A DNA stretch of 64,000 nucleotides from Flaccisagitta enflata. Lineage: Eukaryota. The stretch covers positions 42,408,001 through 42,472,000 of the forward strand of contig OZ231126.1 in NCBI GenBank assembly GCA_965153355.1, read 5' to 3'. Shown piece by piece: positions 47,493 to 60,643 of the stretch. Made by a program: the position numbers and the translations under genes. Numbering within the stretch: position 1 is the stretch's first letter; every line of letters starts with the position of its first letter. The notes under the pieces were generated by a model. It was given only the letters and a program-made list of their open reading frames with translations, was not told the origin of the DNA and did no database searches.

Positions 47493-49757
47493 ATGGAGGA
47501 CGCCGAGGTACAATCTCGAGGCGCGGGGAGGGTGAGGAAGAAATCTCAGAAATTGTTGGAAATGGAGGATTTCGCCAGCGCCTGGAAACAACAACAACAA
47601 CACCAACAACAAAATTCGGCCAAGATGACGTCACCGAGAAAGAAGAGCTCTTCTGGGAACCACAAAACTCTAAGCGTGGGTAGCGAAGGTGGGAAACATA
47701 TCAACTGTGGTAGTGTCGGTGGTGGTGGAGCGAATGGCGCGGAGCAACTTAAACGAGACAAATCCGTGCCAAAAGCGAGGGACGAGGATTGCGACTGGAA
47801 AAGCAACGATGGGAATATCGATGGAACTCCCGCCAATCCCAAAATAATCCCTCAGCCCGCCTCCAGAACTGGATCGATTTCCAAAGACGAAGCGTCCGAT
47901 GTCCCGAAATCTATCGTCGTTACGAAGCCTCTCGTTGTAACCAAGCCCGACGCGTCCTCCCGGCCGGAAACGCTCGTCGTTAAAAACACTTCCACATTGT
48001 CCTCCGACCGAGTGGAAACCGGAAGCAAGAGACCGGCGGATCGCGTGGTTGTTATCGGGGGCGTCAGCGAAGAGACGCCGAAGAAGAAACCGAAATCAAC
48101 GACTTCGGCATCGACGACGCCTTTCCACAGCGGCAACGGTGGCGCTCCCAAATCCATCATGAAAACCAAGGAAAGTGGTTCCAGCTCGATACGAACTCCT
48201 TCGACGCCTGGTTTGTCAACCAGTCACGTGACGCAGCGTCAACCGCCGCCTACGCCGCCGCTCATCGCCACCACCAAAAAAATGCAAATCAATTTCGAAG
48301 AGGAACTTCTCAAAGCGGATTTGGCGCTGCGAAAACAGAAACCCGTCAAAAAAGTCAAACCTAATTCAACGAATAAGGAAACAGTCGCTTCCGCTTCCGC
48401 TTCTTCCTCCTCTCCATCTCAATCCAAATCGGAATCTATGCCGACTATTGTTCCATCATCTTCGGCATTCGCCGCTTTGGAAGCGTCGCTGAAAAGCGGC
48501 GACGATCGAAGCCGCGGCGGTGGCGGTGGCGGTGGTGACTGCGGCGGCGGCAGCGGCGGAGGCAGCGGCGAATCTGACTCTTCAAAAAGCGTTTCCTTCA
48601 AGGAGGGAAAGAAAGGCGGCAAAGTGGAAAAATCGCCGAAAAAGGAGAAACGAAAGAGGGAGAAAAAACACGATGACCGAGAGGCGCGTGAGCGTAAACA
48701 TGAAAAGCTCCAAGACTCGAATAATGAAATAGCATCGGAGCGACTTCTCGGTAACGATACGCGTGAGAAACCCAAAGACGGTCTCGGTTCTGGGGACGCC
48801 GACAAGCAAGGATACGTCCTGTTCTGCAAAACGGCTCGACGGGAAGTGAGGAAAGATTTCCCGTCTATCAGCTTCGCCGACATCACGCAGGTCGCCGTCG
48901 AAAGATGGAACGCTTTGTCCGCCAAAGACAAAATGAACTGGAGCCGTAAAGCCGCCAAACACGCGCTGGCCGTTAAGGCTGGAAATGCCGGATCGGGGAT
49001 GTCTAAATCGTTGGTGTCTGCGTCGAGCGCGAAGAACTCAGTCAGTATCAAAAAGACCTTTAACGTGACAAAACCCATTAGTCCTTCAAAACGCGTTAAC
49101 ACTGAGAAATCGGCGAAGCAGCAGAAACCACCACAACGTCAGCAAATAGACTCCGCCAAGGAGGAACAACAACAACAACGACAACGACAACAACAACCAC
49201 AGCACGCACAGCCTCATCAACGACGAGATCAACGGCAATCGCATTTAGAATTGAAACCCGACCTCGGTTCTCATCAGCCGGTAACTTCTTCGATAAAGCC
49301 CTCCATTCCCTCTCCGATCTCTTCCCCCAATCCTTCTACCTCCCATCCAGTAGCTCGTCCCGTCTTGCCCTCGCCTCCTCCCGCTCCTCCTCCGGATCCC
49401 TCTCAATTCGTTCCTCCTCCAGACGTCGATTATTCTTCGATTCCATCTCCATCTCCAGCGTCTACTGCCACGTGTTCCACATCCGCTCCATGTCCGTCTA
49501 CCAGCTTAGACTCGGCCGCCAATTTGAAGCTGTTGGGCGAATCTTTGACGGTGATCGGTACTCGGCTGACGGCCACTACGACGCCCCTCGCCGTTCAGGG
49601 CGGCTTGTCCGTGCTCATGGACTCGTTGCTCTGCGCCACCGCGCCTCTGACGGCGCTCTTGACTTCCGAGATACCAGAGTTGAAAGACGACGAGGAAACG
49701 CGCAACTTGCAAGCGCAAATTATGGAAAATGCGGCCTATCTTATGCCCGGAATGTGA
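47493..49757 (+). CDS. HMGXB4: HMG-box domain-containing protein 4 homolog (single coding exon)
   Basis: Long ORF with HMG box GYVLFCKTARREVRKDFPSISFADITQVAVERWNALSAKDKMNW. C-terminus AANLKLLGESLTVIG..GGLSVLMDSLLCATAPL..IPEL..MENAAYLMPGM matches the HMGXB4 tail. Start taken at accATGg 47493; an in-frame ATG also exists at 47439. Confidence 0.9.
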   Translation: MEDAEVQSRGAGRVRKKSQKLLEMEDFASAWKQQQQHQQQNSAKMTSPRKKSSSGNHKTLSVGSEGGKHINCGSVGGGGANGAEQLKRDKSVPKARDEDCDWKSNDGNIDGTPANPKIIPQPASRTGSISKDEASDVPKSIVVTKPLVVTKPDASSRPETLVVKNTSTLSSDRVETGSKRPADRVVVIGGVSEETPKKKPKSTTSASTTPFHSGNGGAPKSIMKTKESGSSSIRTPSTPGLSTSHVTQRQPPPTPPLIATTKKMQINFEEELLKADLALRKQKPVKKVKPNSTNKETVASASASSSSPSQSKSESMPTIVPSSSAFAALEASLKSGDDRSRGGGGGGGDCGGGSGGGSGESDSSKSVSFKEGKKGGKVEKSPKKEKRKREKKHDDREARERKHEKLQDSNNEIASERLLGNDTREKPKDGLGSGDADKQGYVLFCKTARREVRKDFPSISFADITQVAVERWNALSAKDKMNWSRKAAKHALAVKAGNAGSGMSKSLVSASSAKNSVSIKKTFNVTKPISPSKRVNTEKSAKQQKPPQRQQIDSAKEEQQQQRQRQQQPQHAQPHQRRDQRQSHLELKPDLGSHQPVTSSIKPSIPSPISSPNPSTSHPVARPVLPSPPPAPPPDPSQFVPPPDVDYSSIPSPSPASTATCSTSAPCPSTSLDSAANLKLLGESLTVIGTRLTATTTPLAVQGGLSVLMDSLLCATAPLTALLTSEIPELKDDEETRNLQAQIMENAAYLMPGM

Positions 49758-50503
49758 AAAGGACGTAGTAGTTAGTATGAACTGAGACGGCTGGCCTGGA
49801 CGAGTGAGGGATTGTGAGGAAGTGCTGAGGATACTAGAAAGAGAAAGATTCAGAGGACAGATTGAGGGATAACGTGATTGATTATCCAAGAGGCAGTTAG
49901 CTGTTTCTAGTTTCATTCAGTATATGCTTGAAAATTGGCATTTCCTGCGTCACGAAGAACGGCGTTTGACCGGTTATATACTGAATTTAGAGTAGTATCC
50001 GCACTGCGTGCGCAAAATCTATCAATTATCAACACCCCATTCATTTATTGAATCGGCTTGAAAATTATTCACGACTTCTGTGACAGTTTTAATTTATTTT
50101 CCTACATATTCTTGAATTTCGTTTGTCGCTCCGGATCTATTCTTAGAATTAGTCATCAAGATATTTTGTCACCTTGCAATGTGGATAAGATCCCCCCTTA
50201 TTGGTCTTTTCAAATATCAAATCGACTGCCGTGTTTTACGTAGCAATTTATTGTTTCATACTACACTGATTTTTTTTTCGGAAAAGAAAAAAACTTGCAC
50301 CATCGATCATAATTCTCCATCGATACCTTCAATTTATACATTGCCTACTGTATTCCGAGATGAAATCTACACAAGCTTCTGAGTAGCGATTGGCATACAG
50401 TTGTGATCTCTGTTTACTAAACTTGATCTGTCATGTCCAACTTAGACGTTTAAAGCCGTCTGACAAAAAAAAAAAACAAAAAAACAAACAATAACAACTT
50501 TCG

Positions 50504-51394
50504 ATGTTGGATGACAAAATGTCTTCGCTGTCATCCTTCTCGCCGTCGTTGAGTCGGGAGGCCTGGGACACGATTGATCACTACTCTCAGGAACTTCGCG
50601 TGGAAGTGGACCGGTTGCTCAATTTTACTTATTATCCCGTCGCTTTAGTTTCCTCTCTCTTCTTCATATTTATTTACAAAGTCGTCTCGCCCAACATTTC
50701 CTACTCGCTGTTTCCAAGGTAGGATTGTCATGATAGGGTAAGGCTATAAATTGCGAGGGATTGATTGAGAATGGCTTTTATTTGTGGCAATAAGGGCGTG
50801 GCAGTCCTGGTTTATTTGTCGCCATGAATTTTAGCGCAAATTTTGCACACCGCCTCCTAGAAAGCCTCATAAAGTTTGATCAAACTGTCATCAAATGGAA
50901 TATTTGCTTGTTCGATCCCTGTCCCACCGACACCGTCTTTCTACTCTACTTTTGGGCAGCGGCCCCGAAGGGGCCGATGACTCATGCTTTTGCAATATGG
51001 GAGATTTTCTCCTCCTCCTCCTTCTCCTCCTCCTTTCTCCGTCCCCCTCAACTCCTGGACTCGAGGCTCAAATCCCAGCCTTGAATGCTCAATTACTAAC
51101 CTTGAGGCCCAAATCTCAGCCTCGAGGCCCAAGTTCCCAGCCGTCAGCCCCAAATCTTTCTGGAAACAAGAAGAAAAGTGAATAAGTCCAACGGCCGAGA
51201 CCCTATTGACTCAGAAAACATAGTATTTTGTCTGTTCGTTAGGTCATTAGTTGCAATCACTCAGGAACTCTCTGTCCCAAGCGATTGCCATACATTAATA
51301 CAATGGGTTTTTTTTTCCAAATGGTAATAAGAACGCAAAAATGGACGAAAAACAAGAATAACTACTAGAATAACGAGAATAACATGAACGAAAT

Positions 51395-51491
<97 letters not shown>

Positions 51492-53070
51492 AAAAAAATT
51501 TATATAAAAAGACACCAGAGAAAAAATGACTTCTAAATACTATCCAATCAATATGACGTCTAAATATGTTGTCTAAACTTAGCCATGACTGGCCCATAAC
51601 CACTAAACAGTGAGGCCCATAACATTTATAGGTGTCTGTATAATCTTACTTCGCGAAACCGTTCATCCAGGAAGACACCAGAAACCAAGACACAAAGATG
51701 AATACTGTGCGCAGGCAAAATATACACGGACAGCAGAAAATGGCCGTGCGCCATGAGAAAGGCAAAAATTAGCGTAGCTAAGCGCAGTTACTTCGGCAGC
51801 CACGCCATTGGTAGCGTTGCAAGAGAGTAACTGTTCAACCATGAAGGAAGAATATTTAGCTCGCCCCATAACTTGAGGCAACATACCTACGATCTGAATG
51901 ACTCCTGAGGCTCACCCGATCTTGAACTCACCTGAGTTCCTGAGGCTAAATTCGAGCCCTCGGGATCACCACCTGGCTCCAAACCCTAGCCTGAGTAGCC
52001 TGAATCTCAGAAATCCCCACTAAACATGGTCACCACCACCACACCATACACCACAAAGGTCCGGTATCGCTGACCATTTCGGACGCTTTTGCGACTATTT
52101 AGATATCGATCTTGCGATCAGTGACGACTGAATTCGCCAATCGCTCACGCCGTCATCGTCGCCTTGTCTTCACGAACTTCTCACGCGGGACACCCGTTTA
52201 CGCATCAGGTCTCGTCAGAATTAACTGCGTCGTGCTGTCGGGTCGTCTTAACTGCCTAACGGATTCGCTGCTTTCCACTTTAGCCGTCCAGTTTTGGCAA
52301 AATTTGTTATTCCCCAAGACCGGTATGGGGGCGTTTAAACGCTTGCACGGTGGTGAAAGATACCGATCGATGACTCTCCAAATGCGCATCATAATAGATG
52401 TTGTCTCTCATCTTATTTTCAGGCGCTGCATGGCGGATTTAATACCAATCTCAATGATCAGATCGGCGAGCCAGACTTCACGTCACCATTCACGCCTGCT
52501 CATTACGTCATAAACCCATATATTTGCTATCACACTTCCGGTTACTGCCGATTAACGCCTTCGTCAAAGATGGTGAGAGAGATGCGGACGATTGCCTTCG
52601 TATTGGCAGAATGAAAATGACGGGTGCCATCAAACACGACATTCAGTCGACAATCATATATGGTCGCTCTGAAGAAAACAAATTCGCACGCGCGCCTTTT
52701 CTGACGATGGCATAATACGTGTGTTAGATCACATTTCAGCTGTTCCGATCACCAACATGCCAGAAAACCAGCAACCCATTTATTTGACTTCCAGTTTTGC
52801 GGTGTCTTTCGACGTTAGTGTCACGGCGCTTTACATCACTCGTACGGATTTCACGATGCCATTTTATTACGGCAGTAATACCAGTTTCATATCATCCTGC
52901 CTGCGAAGATGTTCGGTCTCAACACGTTAATGATTTATTTCGAACAGCGATAGCTGAGCATCAGCCGCTTCAGGCAAAATGGTTGTGGCAACGTTCCACT
53001 TTTTTGCGATTTGTACACGGCCAGGTAATGTTGGCACCAATACCCATCGTCAATAATACCACTTAGTCGT
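50504..53070 (+). CDS. TLC-domain membrane protein (TLCD4/TMEM56-like); exon 1 clean, later exons frameshifted in low-quality sequence
   Basis: Exon 1 50504-50718 (YYPVALVSSLFFIFIYKVVSPNISYSLFP, AG|GTAGGA donor). In-phase acceptor at 52101-02, then fragments YRS, IAHAVIV, PVYASGLVRINCVVLSG, FRLL..FV.. with a GTGAG donor at ~52573, and FTMPFYYG. The 3' end is approximate. Confidence 0.6.
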
Positions 53071-54779
53071 TCAGCCGTTAATAAAACCACAGCCTGTCGT
53101 CGCTTTATGAGTCGTTTTCATGAATAGAATTTTCATTCAAAATTACTGCATTCAGATTAGAGATTATCATTGCCATTGTGACAAAGAGACGAATGATGAT
53201 AAAGGTACAGATACAGAAGACAAGGAAGCATTACGGCGATAGCCAGATCGTTATTAACTAACTGGGAGATGCGCGCAACACTTGCCGTGAATGGCAGATG
53301 ATATGATCATTCACAGGCATAACCATAAGTAATGTTAATAATAATGCGATAGGTTCACCAGCAAAAACATGGTACCTACCCGAGAACGTGACACGTGAAC
53401 TTACTGTAATGCATCTCAGACCTTGCTTTTATTTGTCTTCTAATATGAATTCCCCTCAGTATTTCAAGTCAAGAGCTTGAGACACTGTGCAAGCACACAA
53501 ATCCCTTCGCTTCTGCCCATGGTCACACTAGATTCGGGCGTGCCACACGTGGCGCTGGGCCGTCTTTCGACGCGATTACCACTGCTGGTTCTCGAAAACT
53601 CCGGGGCCGCTATCCAGCTGCCCAGTCGCTCCTGCGGCTTACTGCCAGCTCTGCCAGAGACACGCAAGAAGTCAACGGCGGCGTTGGTCACCCAGAAACA
53701 CGAAGGGGGAGTCCTGCCAGCCCGGCGGAGAGTTTTGACGAATTGTACTTTTTGCTGTCGCGAAATTGACGGAACAATTTTTTTTTCGAGAACACGCGCG
53801 GTAAAGGCGCCGCTGCGTACTTGTCAATCATGATGAAATATGTCGCAGGTCTTGGCAAAACCGTGTCAACAAAATCTTTTTACGTCATGCCATTTGTTGC
53901 AGCACTAGCGTTCCCAGGGTGCCCGAGCTGGTGACCACGCCCACCTGCAGGCCCCACAAATGTGTATGTTTCAGCCACCAGCTTGGGGCTTTTTGAAGGA
54001 GAAAAATTCACATTGGTATAGCCTCTAATGAAGTTAGCCCTGCAGGTTAGCTCAATTATCTTTTAATAGGACATTGTTATCTCCTGACAAATTCCCTTTA
54101 ATTTGATAGGTCGCACTAAAGAGTTTTTTAAAAAGAAATTATACTCATTTTCTATGCCAATATTTACAAAAATATAATGGTGGCCTAAAACATTTAAAAA
54201 TTGCATTCTTTTAAACCCCATAATGCAAAGATCTATCAAACAAAAGGGAATTCCTGTCATGATTAACACATAACAAAATGAATCAAACCAACTCAAATTA
54301 TAAAATCAGATTAAAAATCCTGAATTTTATATTTTTCAAAAAGCGTTCTGGGCAGATATTTGATTTTGGCTATGGAAAATCATTTCCCCACACTGAGCAG
54401 AGCCTAAAACCAGGAGGGGCAGTAATGGTCACCAACTCACTTCTTTTTCCACCCGAGGGCATCTACAGTGCAAAAGAAGAGAGACAATTTCACATTGAAA
54501 TTTGTCGATGCAGTTTGGGATATTCCTATATATCTTATCTTTAGATGATTCCCATTATTCGCGTTACTTGGTTCGTCTCCATGTTTCAACATTTTTTAAT
54601 ATCGGCCAAAGTTTGAATCTCAACGCAGTGAATATAATATCGATTGTTTTTTGATCGTTCATGTCAGGTCATGGGAGATTGCCGTCATTGCGCCTCGGAT
54701 CAGATCGTAATCAGGGGAGGCTGCACACACCTAAGACACTCTTTATAGTTTTCTTGTTCGACAGCTCGTCGGTAACAGG

Positions 54780-55384
54780 ATGACTGAGCCTCCGCCGGCC
54801 TGTCTGTCTGCTTGTAACCCACGCACCAGACTTCAGAATTAAATCTTGCTGGTGTTAGCTATAGGTGTCAATAGGTTGTAAAAATACTTGTGAAAATTCA
54901 CTAATCTTACTGTTTCTTTGCCTATTATTCAGCATATTTACCAGATTTGTACATATATGCAGAGGTAAAGAGGTGGCCATGACTCTTACTTCAGATAATA
55001 AGAGAGTAGCAGAATGAATATCTGAATTATTGCCTGAAGTCTGGTTTGATGAGATATTAGCTTATTTATGCAGTAGTATCGTTAATTTGGCACTCTATAC
55101 AGCAAAGGGTAGTAGTGACAGAATTTTTTCTAATTGCACACAAGTAGTGTATAACACACCTCTGTGTACCTGACACTGCTTGGTTTATGAGATATTAGCT
55201 TATTTATGTAGTAATATGTGACTATGACTAAGGCAGCTTACATAGGCAAAGGGTGGTAAAGTTTATGAATTTTTTTAAAACTTAGTAAACAGGTAATAAT
55301 GTCATCACAGTTCTAAAATTGCATTTAAATCTGAAGCTGGCTTACGAGATATAAATCCAGCTTTATGCAATATATAACACGGAA

Positions 55385-55449
<65 letters not shown>

Positions 55450-56582
55450 TAGCTTGATGCACGCCAGCACGTACACGCACACACACAAAAAGAAGGTCAG
55501 TCGGTCGCTAGCGACCGTCTGATACCAGTGTTTAATGCCCAAGGTGCGCTTCACGACTTTTTTGCGCCGTCATGGATTTTGGCATGCGCTGTCATGAAGG
55601 TATGCCGTCATACCCTTAGGTATGCTGCTGGATCAAGGCGTATTATCATGGATCACTAGTTTTTTTCCAGTGGCTTTTTTAATTTTTTTTAATTTTTTTT
55701 TGAAATTTTTTTTTTTTTGAAAATTTTTATTTGAAATTTTTTGAAAGCAAATTTTTTTCTGAAGTTAAATTTTTTTGAATGTTTTAGTCACGCTTACGCC
55801 GATGAAAGCTTCAAAATTATATTCCAGTCGACTGCAATTTGAAGCTTTTTAAATTTATCGATCTTCCATTTAAATCTCGACGCCTCCCTTAATTTGTTTA
55901 TTGTAGCAATCTGATTAAGTGATGACAATGAAGAAAATCACCATTACGAACGACTGTCAGGTTTTCGCTGGTGACAGCATATTTGCGTTAAATTGTCTGT
56001 GTGTGTGTGTTCGTCTGTGCCTTCTTAATATTCATGAAACTTTACCAGTGTTACATTATCAATGAAGCTTGTGTACACTTTCAGAGAACTCATAAACTTT
56101 TTACTGCCTTCTTTGCCTATTATTTTTGCAGCATTTTACTGGACTTAGGCGCAATTTACATAGGCAAAGGGTAGTTAAGGTATGTGAATTTTTTTAATTT
56201 GGTATACAGAGGGTAAATAAGAATTTGCAAAATCGAAGGTCTCCGAAGCCTGGTTTGTGAAGATATTAGCTTATTTATGTAGCAATATGTTACTAGGACT
56301 TAAGTTTAGGCGAATAGTAGTTTATGAATTTTCACCTGGCATTCAAGTGCGCAGCAATATCTCAGAAATACCTGACTAAATTGAGCCTGGCTCTATGAGA
56401 TTACACATTGTATAGTAGTCACATTAGATTTGCTAGCCATAGGTTAGTTTATGAATTTTTTAAAACCAAAACAGGTAGCTCTGCAGAATTCGATTTAAAT
56501 CTGAAGTCTGGTTTATGAGATATAGACTTATTTATGTAGTAATATATTATTGTTGTGAGAGTACACACATGACACACACACA

Positions 56583-56620
<38 letters not shown>

Positions 56621-57340
56621 ATAATATATTAGTGTTCACACACACAAACACAAACACACACACAATAACAGCAAATATCACAAATAATACAAACACATAT
56701 AAACAAACACATGACAACAGCCACAAACACTAATATTAACACAAACATTGATTGAAACATACAAACAAATATCAGAATAATAATAAATACACATTGAAAT
56801 AATACACAAACACACACACACAGAGTGTGTGTTTTTTCTTCTGTGGACTGTTTAAAACAGATATGCCAAGACAGAATATATCATGTTATCTTTCTTGGTA
56901 TATTTTAATATTCTATGACTCTGCACCAGAAGCCAGCTTGACTTCAGTGTTTAATGTTAGCAGTGCTGTCATGGACTTCTATATGCCATCGTTTGAGGTA
57001 TGCACACATGGACTTCCATATATGCTGGATCAGCAGAAGGAAAATGGACTTTAGCAGTATGCTGTCATGTCTTTAGGGTATGTTATCATAAGGGATATCA
57101 ATTATTTTTTTTCAAAACAATTTAAGAAAAAAATTTCTTTTTTAATCTTTTTTTTTTTTGAATTTTTTAATTTTTTTGAATTTTTTTTTAGAATTTTTTT
57201 TTTTTTTTTTTCTTTTTTGTAATTTTGTTTTTCATTTTTTGAATTTTTCATTTTCTATCGTATCTTCGCAAACGCGCTTTACGCTGACGGCAGCTTCAAA
57301 ATTGCTGTCCCCAGTCGGGGACTGCAATTTTGAAGCAGTC
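54780..57340. repeat. Two tandem copies of a ~1.1-1.4-kb composite repeat (noisy sequence)
   Basis: Each copy has ~120-bp units (GAGATATTAGCTTATTTATG..GGCAAAGGGT), (CA)n, GTCATGGA repeats, a T-tract and a terminal hairpin GCTTCAAAATT..AATTTTGAAGC (~55810-55845 and ~57290-57337). Confidence 0.55.
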
Positions 57341-57757
57341 CTCTTTATATTCTGCTTTTATACAAAAAGTTCCAGCAAAGAAAAATGAAATTTAACTGAT
57401 ATATTAGTTCATTTCAACGAATTGGCGCAGTTGCTATAAGTATATATTTGACAAGTTTACACGCGAAGAAAAAATAGGAGATGATTGAAATTCAAAAAAT
57501 AAAATGATAAATTCCAAGCACACCATCAGTGGTGCGCTGCCGAGCCCACAAAATACTCTAACGCTTCTATTTGCCTCGCTTTGACGCATTGTTCGAGCGA
57601 GAAAACGTTTTTCTTAGTAATGTAGCATGAATACATAGTCTGTGACCATATACCGTAGAACAGCTCGTAGTTCATTATTGCCATGGCATTTTTGAAAACA
57701 TTGACTGTTCGGTCTCTAACTCTATCTCTAACTATCTACCTGTCTATCTGACACCCA

Positions 57758-60610
57758 CTGTCGACAGCGCGCTTTCTGAAAAGCAATACTATCCCAACCA
57801 CCACCTACGATTACATATTTACCAAACGAATTCTCAAAAAAGCTACGTCACTCTGTAATACCGATACCGAACTTGCCTTTACGATTTACTCGATTTGCTC
57901 ATTACAAATTTTTACGTTATTTCTGGTTTTGTCTTCATTGATTATTTTTTCCTAGCTTGTGGATAAGGGATATCAAAAACGGAGTGTAGTTGTGAAGAGA
58001 ATAATGCATTTGCAATATGCATTTTTTGGTTTCCCAGTGAGGACAGTGAGACGCGATGCCAAATCGTTCCTCCGTTTTACCATACTTTAGCAAACATCTG
58101 GCGTTGGTTGCATTGTGAATAGTTTGATTTATTTGAATTATATGAATCTATCGAGAATTAGGTATAAAGTAATGATTTCACAATAGCAAAAATAGTAATA
58201 CTATTTTTCTCGGGCGTATGGTATAGGGTCGCCTTTACGATTACACTAATTCAAAATGGCGTCACATGGATATTTTTCGCGTTTTTCTGATTTACTGTTT
58301 GCCGTTGGCTCTCTATTTCTCTCATTTGTTCTCCCTTTAACAGTTTTGCGTTTTACTCCGCCCGCTTTCTCAGTTTGTTCCTGATGAATCTGTTATTTTT
58401 GTTTTTGGACAGCGGTCGCGAAGGGGGCGTAGTCCTGTAGAACACGGGGGAACTTTGGTTTGTTTGTTTGTTCGTCCCCCCCCTCTCATCAGGCCTCTCA
58501 GGCCTTGAATGTGGCCTGTCAGGCCTCAAATCCAGCCTCTTAGGCCTCAAATCCAGCCTCTTAGGCCTCAAATCTGGCCGCTCAGAATCCAACCTCTCAG
58601 GCCTCCTTCAATCAGCCATCTAGCCAATCGCCACGTCTGGTCTGACTTTCAGGTTTCACCGTTCGTCTGGTTTCAGCCCCTTCTCTTCTGTTCTCCTCAC
58701 CTCTGCACTCTGCCCACATCATCCTCTAGACTCAGATTAGGGCCTGAAGGCCTCGGCCAGCCTCCATATCTTCATCTACTACAGGCAGGAAGAATGAGTT
58801 CCGCATTCCACGTGGATTATCCTCGCCGCTGCCCGCCTTCTTCACTATCACCAAGCAGGGCAGGCTGACCACGTTCTTTTGCGACGTTTTTCCCGATTAT
58901 GTTATTTTACTTTTCTTGATTGCCAATATCTGATAGCGTTTTGGAGCTCGAGGTTCAGAGACTCGTGTTTGTCCCAGAAAAACCATATTGATGATATTGT
59001 CTGCGTAATAACGCAATAGTCACGGCGGCAGATTCTGATTTATTAACTTGTCATCATCCTTCTTCCGCCTGCTCAGCCGACATTTTATACCTGAGATGCC
59101 CGCTGATACCGGCTCCAACCGGTCATTCTTCAATAAAATCGTCTTTGCCAGTTCCCGATAACGATCTTGATTTCCACCACCGAAAGGGAACCAACAACAC
59201 GAAGCGTTTCATTTTCACGTAGCCGATATTATCGACGCGGCGAAAATACCGCTAAAATTATGGCAACACAATCGCTATCGCACTGCGTAAAAGGCAAAGT
59301 AGTCTGGTCGCCGGCGACACCATGGCGGTCGTTTTGAAGGAGATTCGGCACTATGATTGCCGAAGAATCTTCATCATATCAGACGTTAGTGAAACTAGTT
59401 ATGAAGGGTGAAGTGACTCATATACATTGCCTTTACGCAGTAATGGAGTAAACTGCTGCAATATAAACATAATCTGTCGCCTGCTTGCTCAACATGATTT
59501 GATGAGTTTAATTCAATTATTTTAAAATACAATATGACTATTTATTTCAACTTGAAGTTTGCTTCACAGTTCGCGGCTGGCGTCAACGCCTGGTCAGCTC
59601 TTTGACGCCTCATAGCATACCCGACACATAGCGATATCACGAATGTTGGAGAAAGGGACTTTCCGCGGGCGCCAAGCGCGGTTGTTGGCCAAGACTGGGT
59701 CGCTTCAGCTTACAGCTTGAGCGAGCGGATATTTGCGCGACTGTGTCACCTGTTATGGTTGCAGTGAGGCTTATTGTTCTCTGCCCGATCTCTTCTTAGT
59801 CACTTCCATCATATGGATCGATGGTGATCGTGAAGGAGAAAACACGGATTCGAGATTGTTTAGCAGCACCGTTGCCGTTCATCGTCGTCGGAAACCAAAA
59901 CGCCACCAGTCGCGGTCACGCCGCCTGCGATGGTGGCTGGCCGCCACATCTGCCTGTGTTCACAATCAGTCATTGTGTATTTATAACCGATAATTCCTGA
60001 TCCTTTCTCCGCCTCGTAAAGCTGGATCAACGACGGTGGAGCGAGAAGGAGTTGGGACTCCAGCACCGGCGCACGCAGCTTCAAACGCTAGCCCAGCACA
60101 CTCTTCAACATGCCTTCCGTCTGTATTCAACGGCAGGTGAAGACCATCGTGCCAGCCTTAGCGACGGCTGATAGGCCATCTTGCTGTTGTTATTGCCACG
60201 TAGCCCGCTCGGCGGTCGTCGGATATCAACGACGCATAGACGTTTGGGAAGATGTTTTCAGTTACCCTCGTTGCTCTGTTTGCTTTTGCAAAGAACGTCA
60301 TTTTTCTGCTACTTCGGTAAAATAATCATTGGCGCTCACTTGAACTATTTCATAAGTTTGATATTATAAACCAAATTCTTAAAAATAAAGTGTACACGAA
60401 ATACCTTTTCGTCTTGATAATTATTAAAAAATAATTTTCATGTTGTTTCGTGGTGGAATAGACAAGTAATCGAGAGTTTCATTCCTGAAATCTTTCTGAA
60501 GGTCAGTGACTCACAAGAAGGAGATTTTGAAGGGTGAATTACGTGGGAATAGAGGTGACTTCGACCATCTCGTGCCTGAAACATTCACGAGGTATTTTGC
60601 TATTCGATCG
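57758..60610 (+). other. Deletion-rich inverted copy of 60622-63915 (probable fold-back read artefact containing a garbled TOP3A)
   Basis: 57758-58604 is a near-identical reverse complement of 63068-63915. 58604-60610 mirrors 60622-63068 but is ~18% shorter. Apex TATTCGATCG-acaaatcattc-CGATCGAATA. Confidence 0.9.
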
Positions 60611-60643
60611 ACAAATCATTCCGATCGAATAACAAGAAAATAC

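Noticed and set aside
47437-49916. Antisense and alternative-frame ORFs over HMGXB4
   Set aside because: Shadows of a GC-rich coding exon with no independent motifs.
52112-53833. ORFs 52112-52513, 52524-52715, 52721-52930 and 53477-53833 as separate genes
   Set aside because: They lie in low-quality sequence; the recognisable pieces are frameshifted fragments of the TLC-domain gene.
58900-60610. Genuine TOP3A pseudogene on the + strand
   Set aside because: Deletion-dominated errors affect exons and introns alike, and the mirror runs right to the apex. An artefact is more parsimonious.
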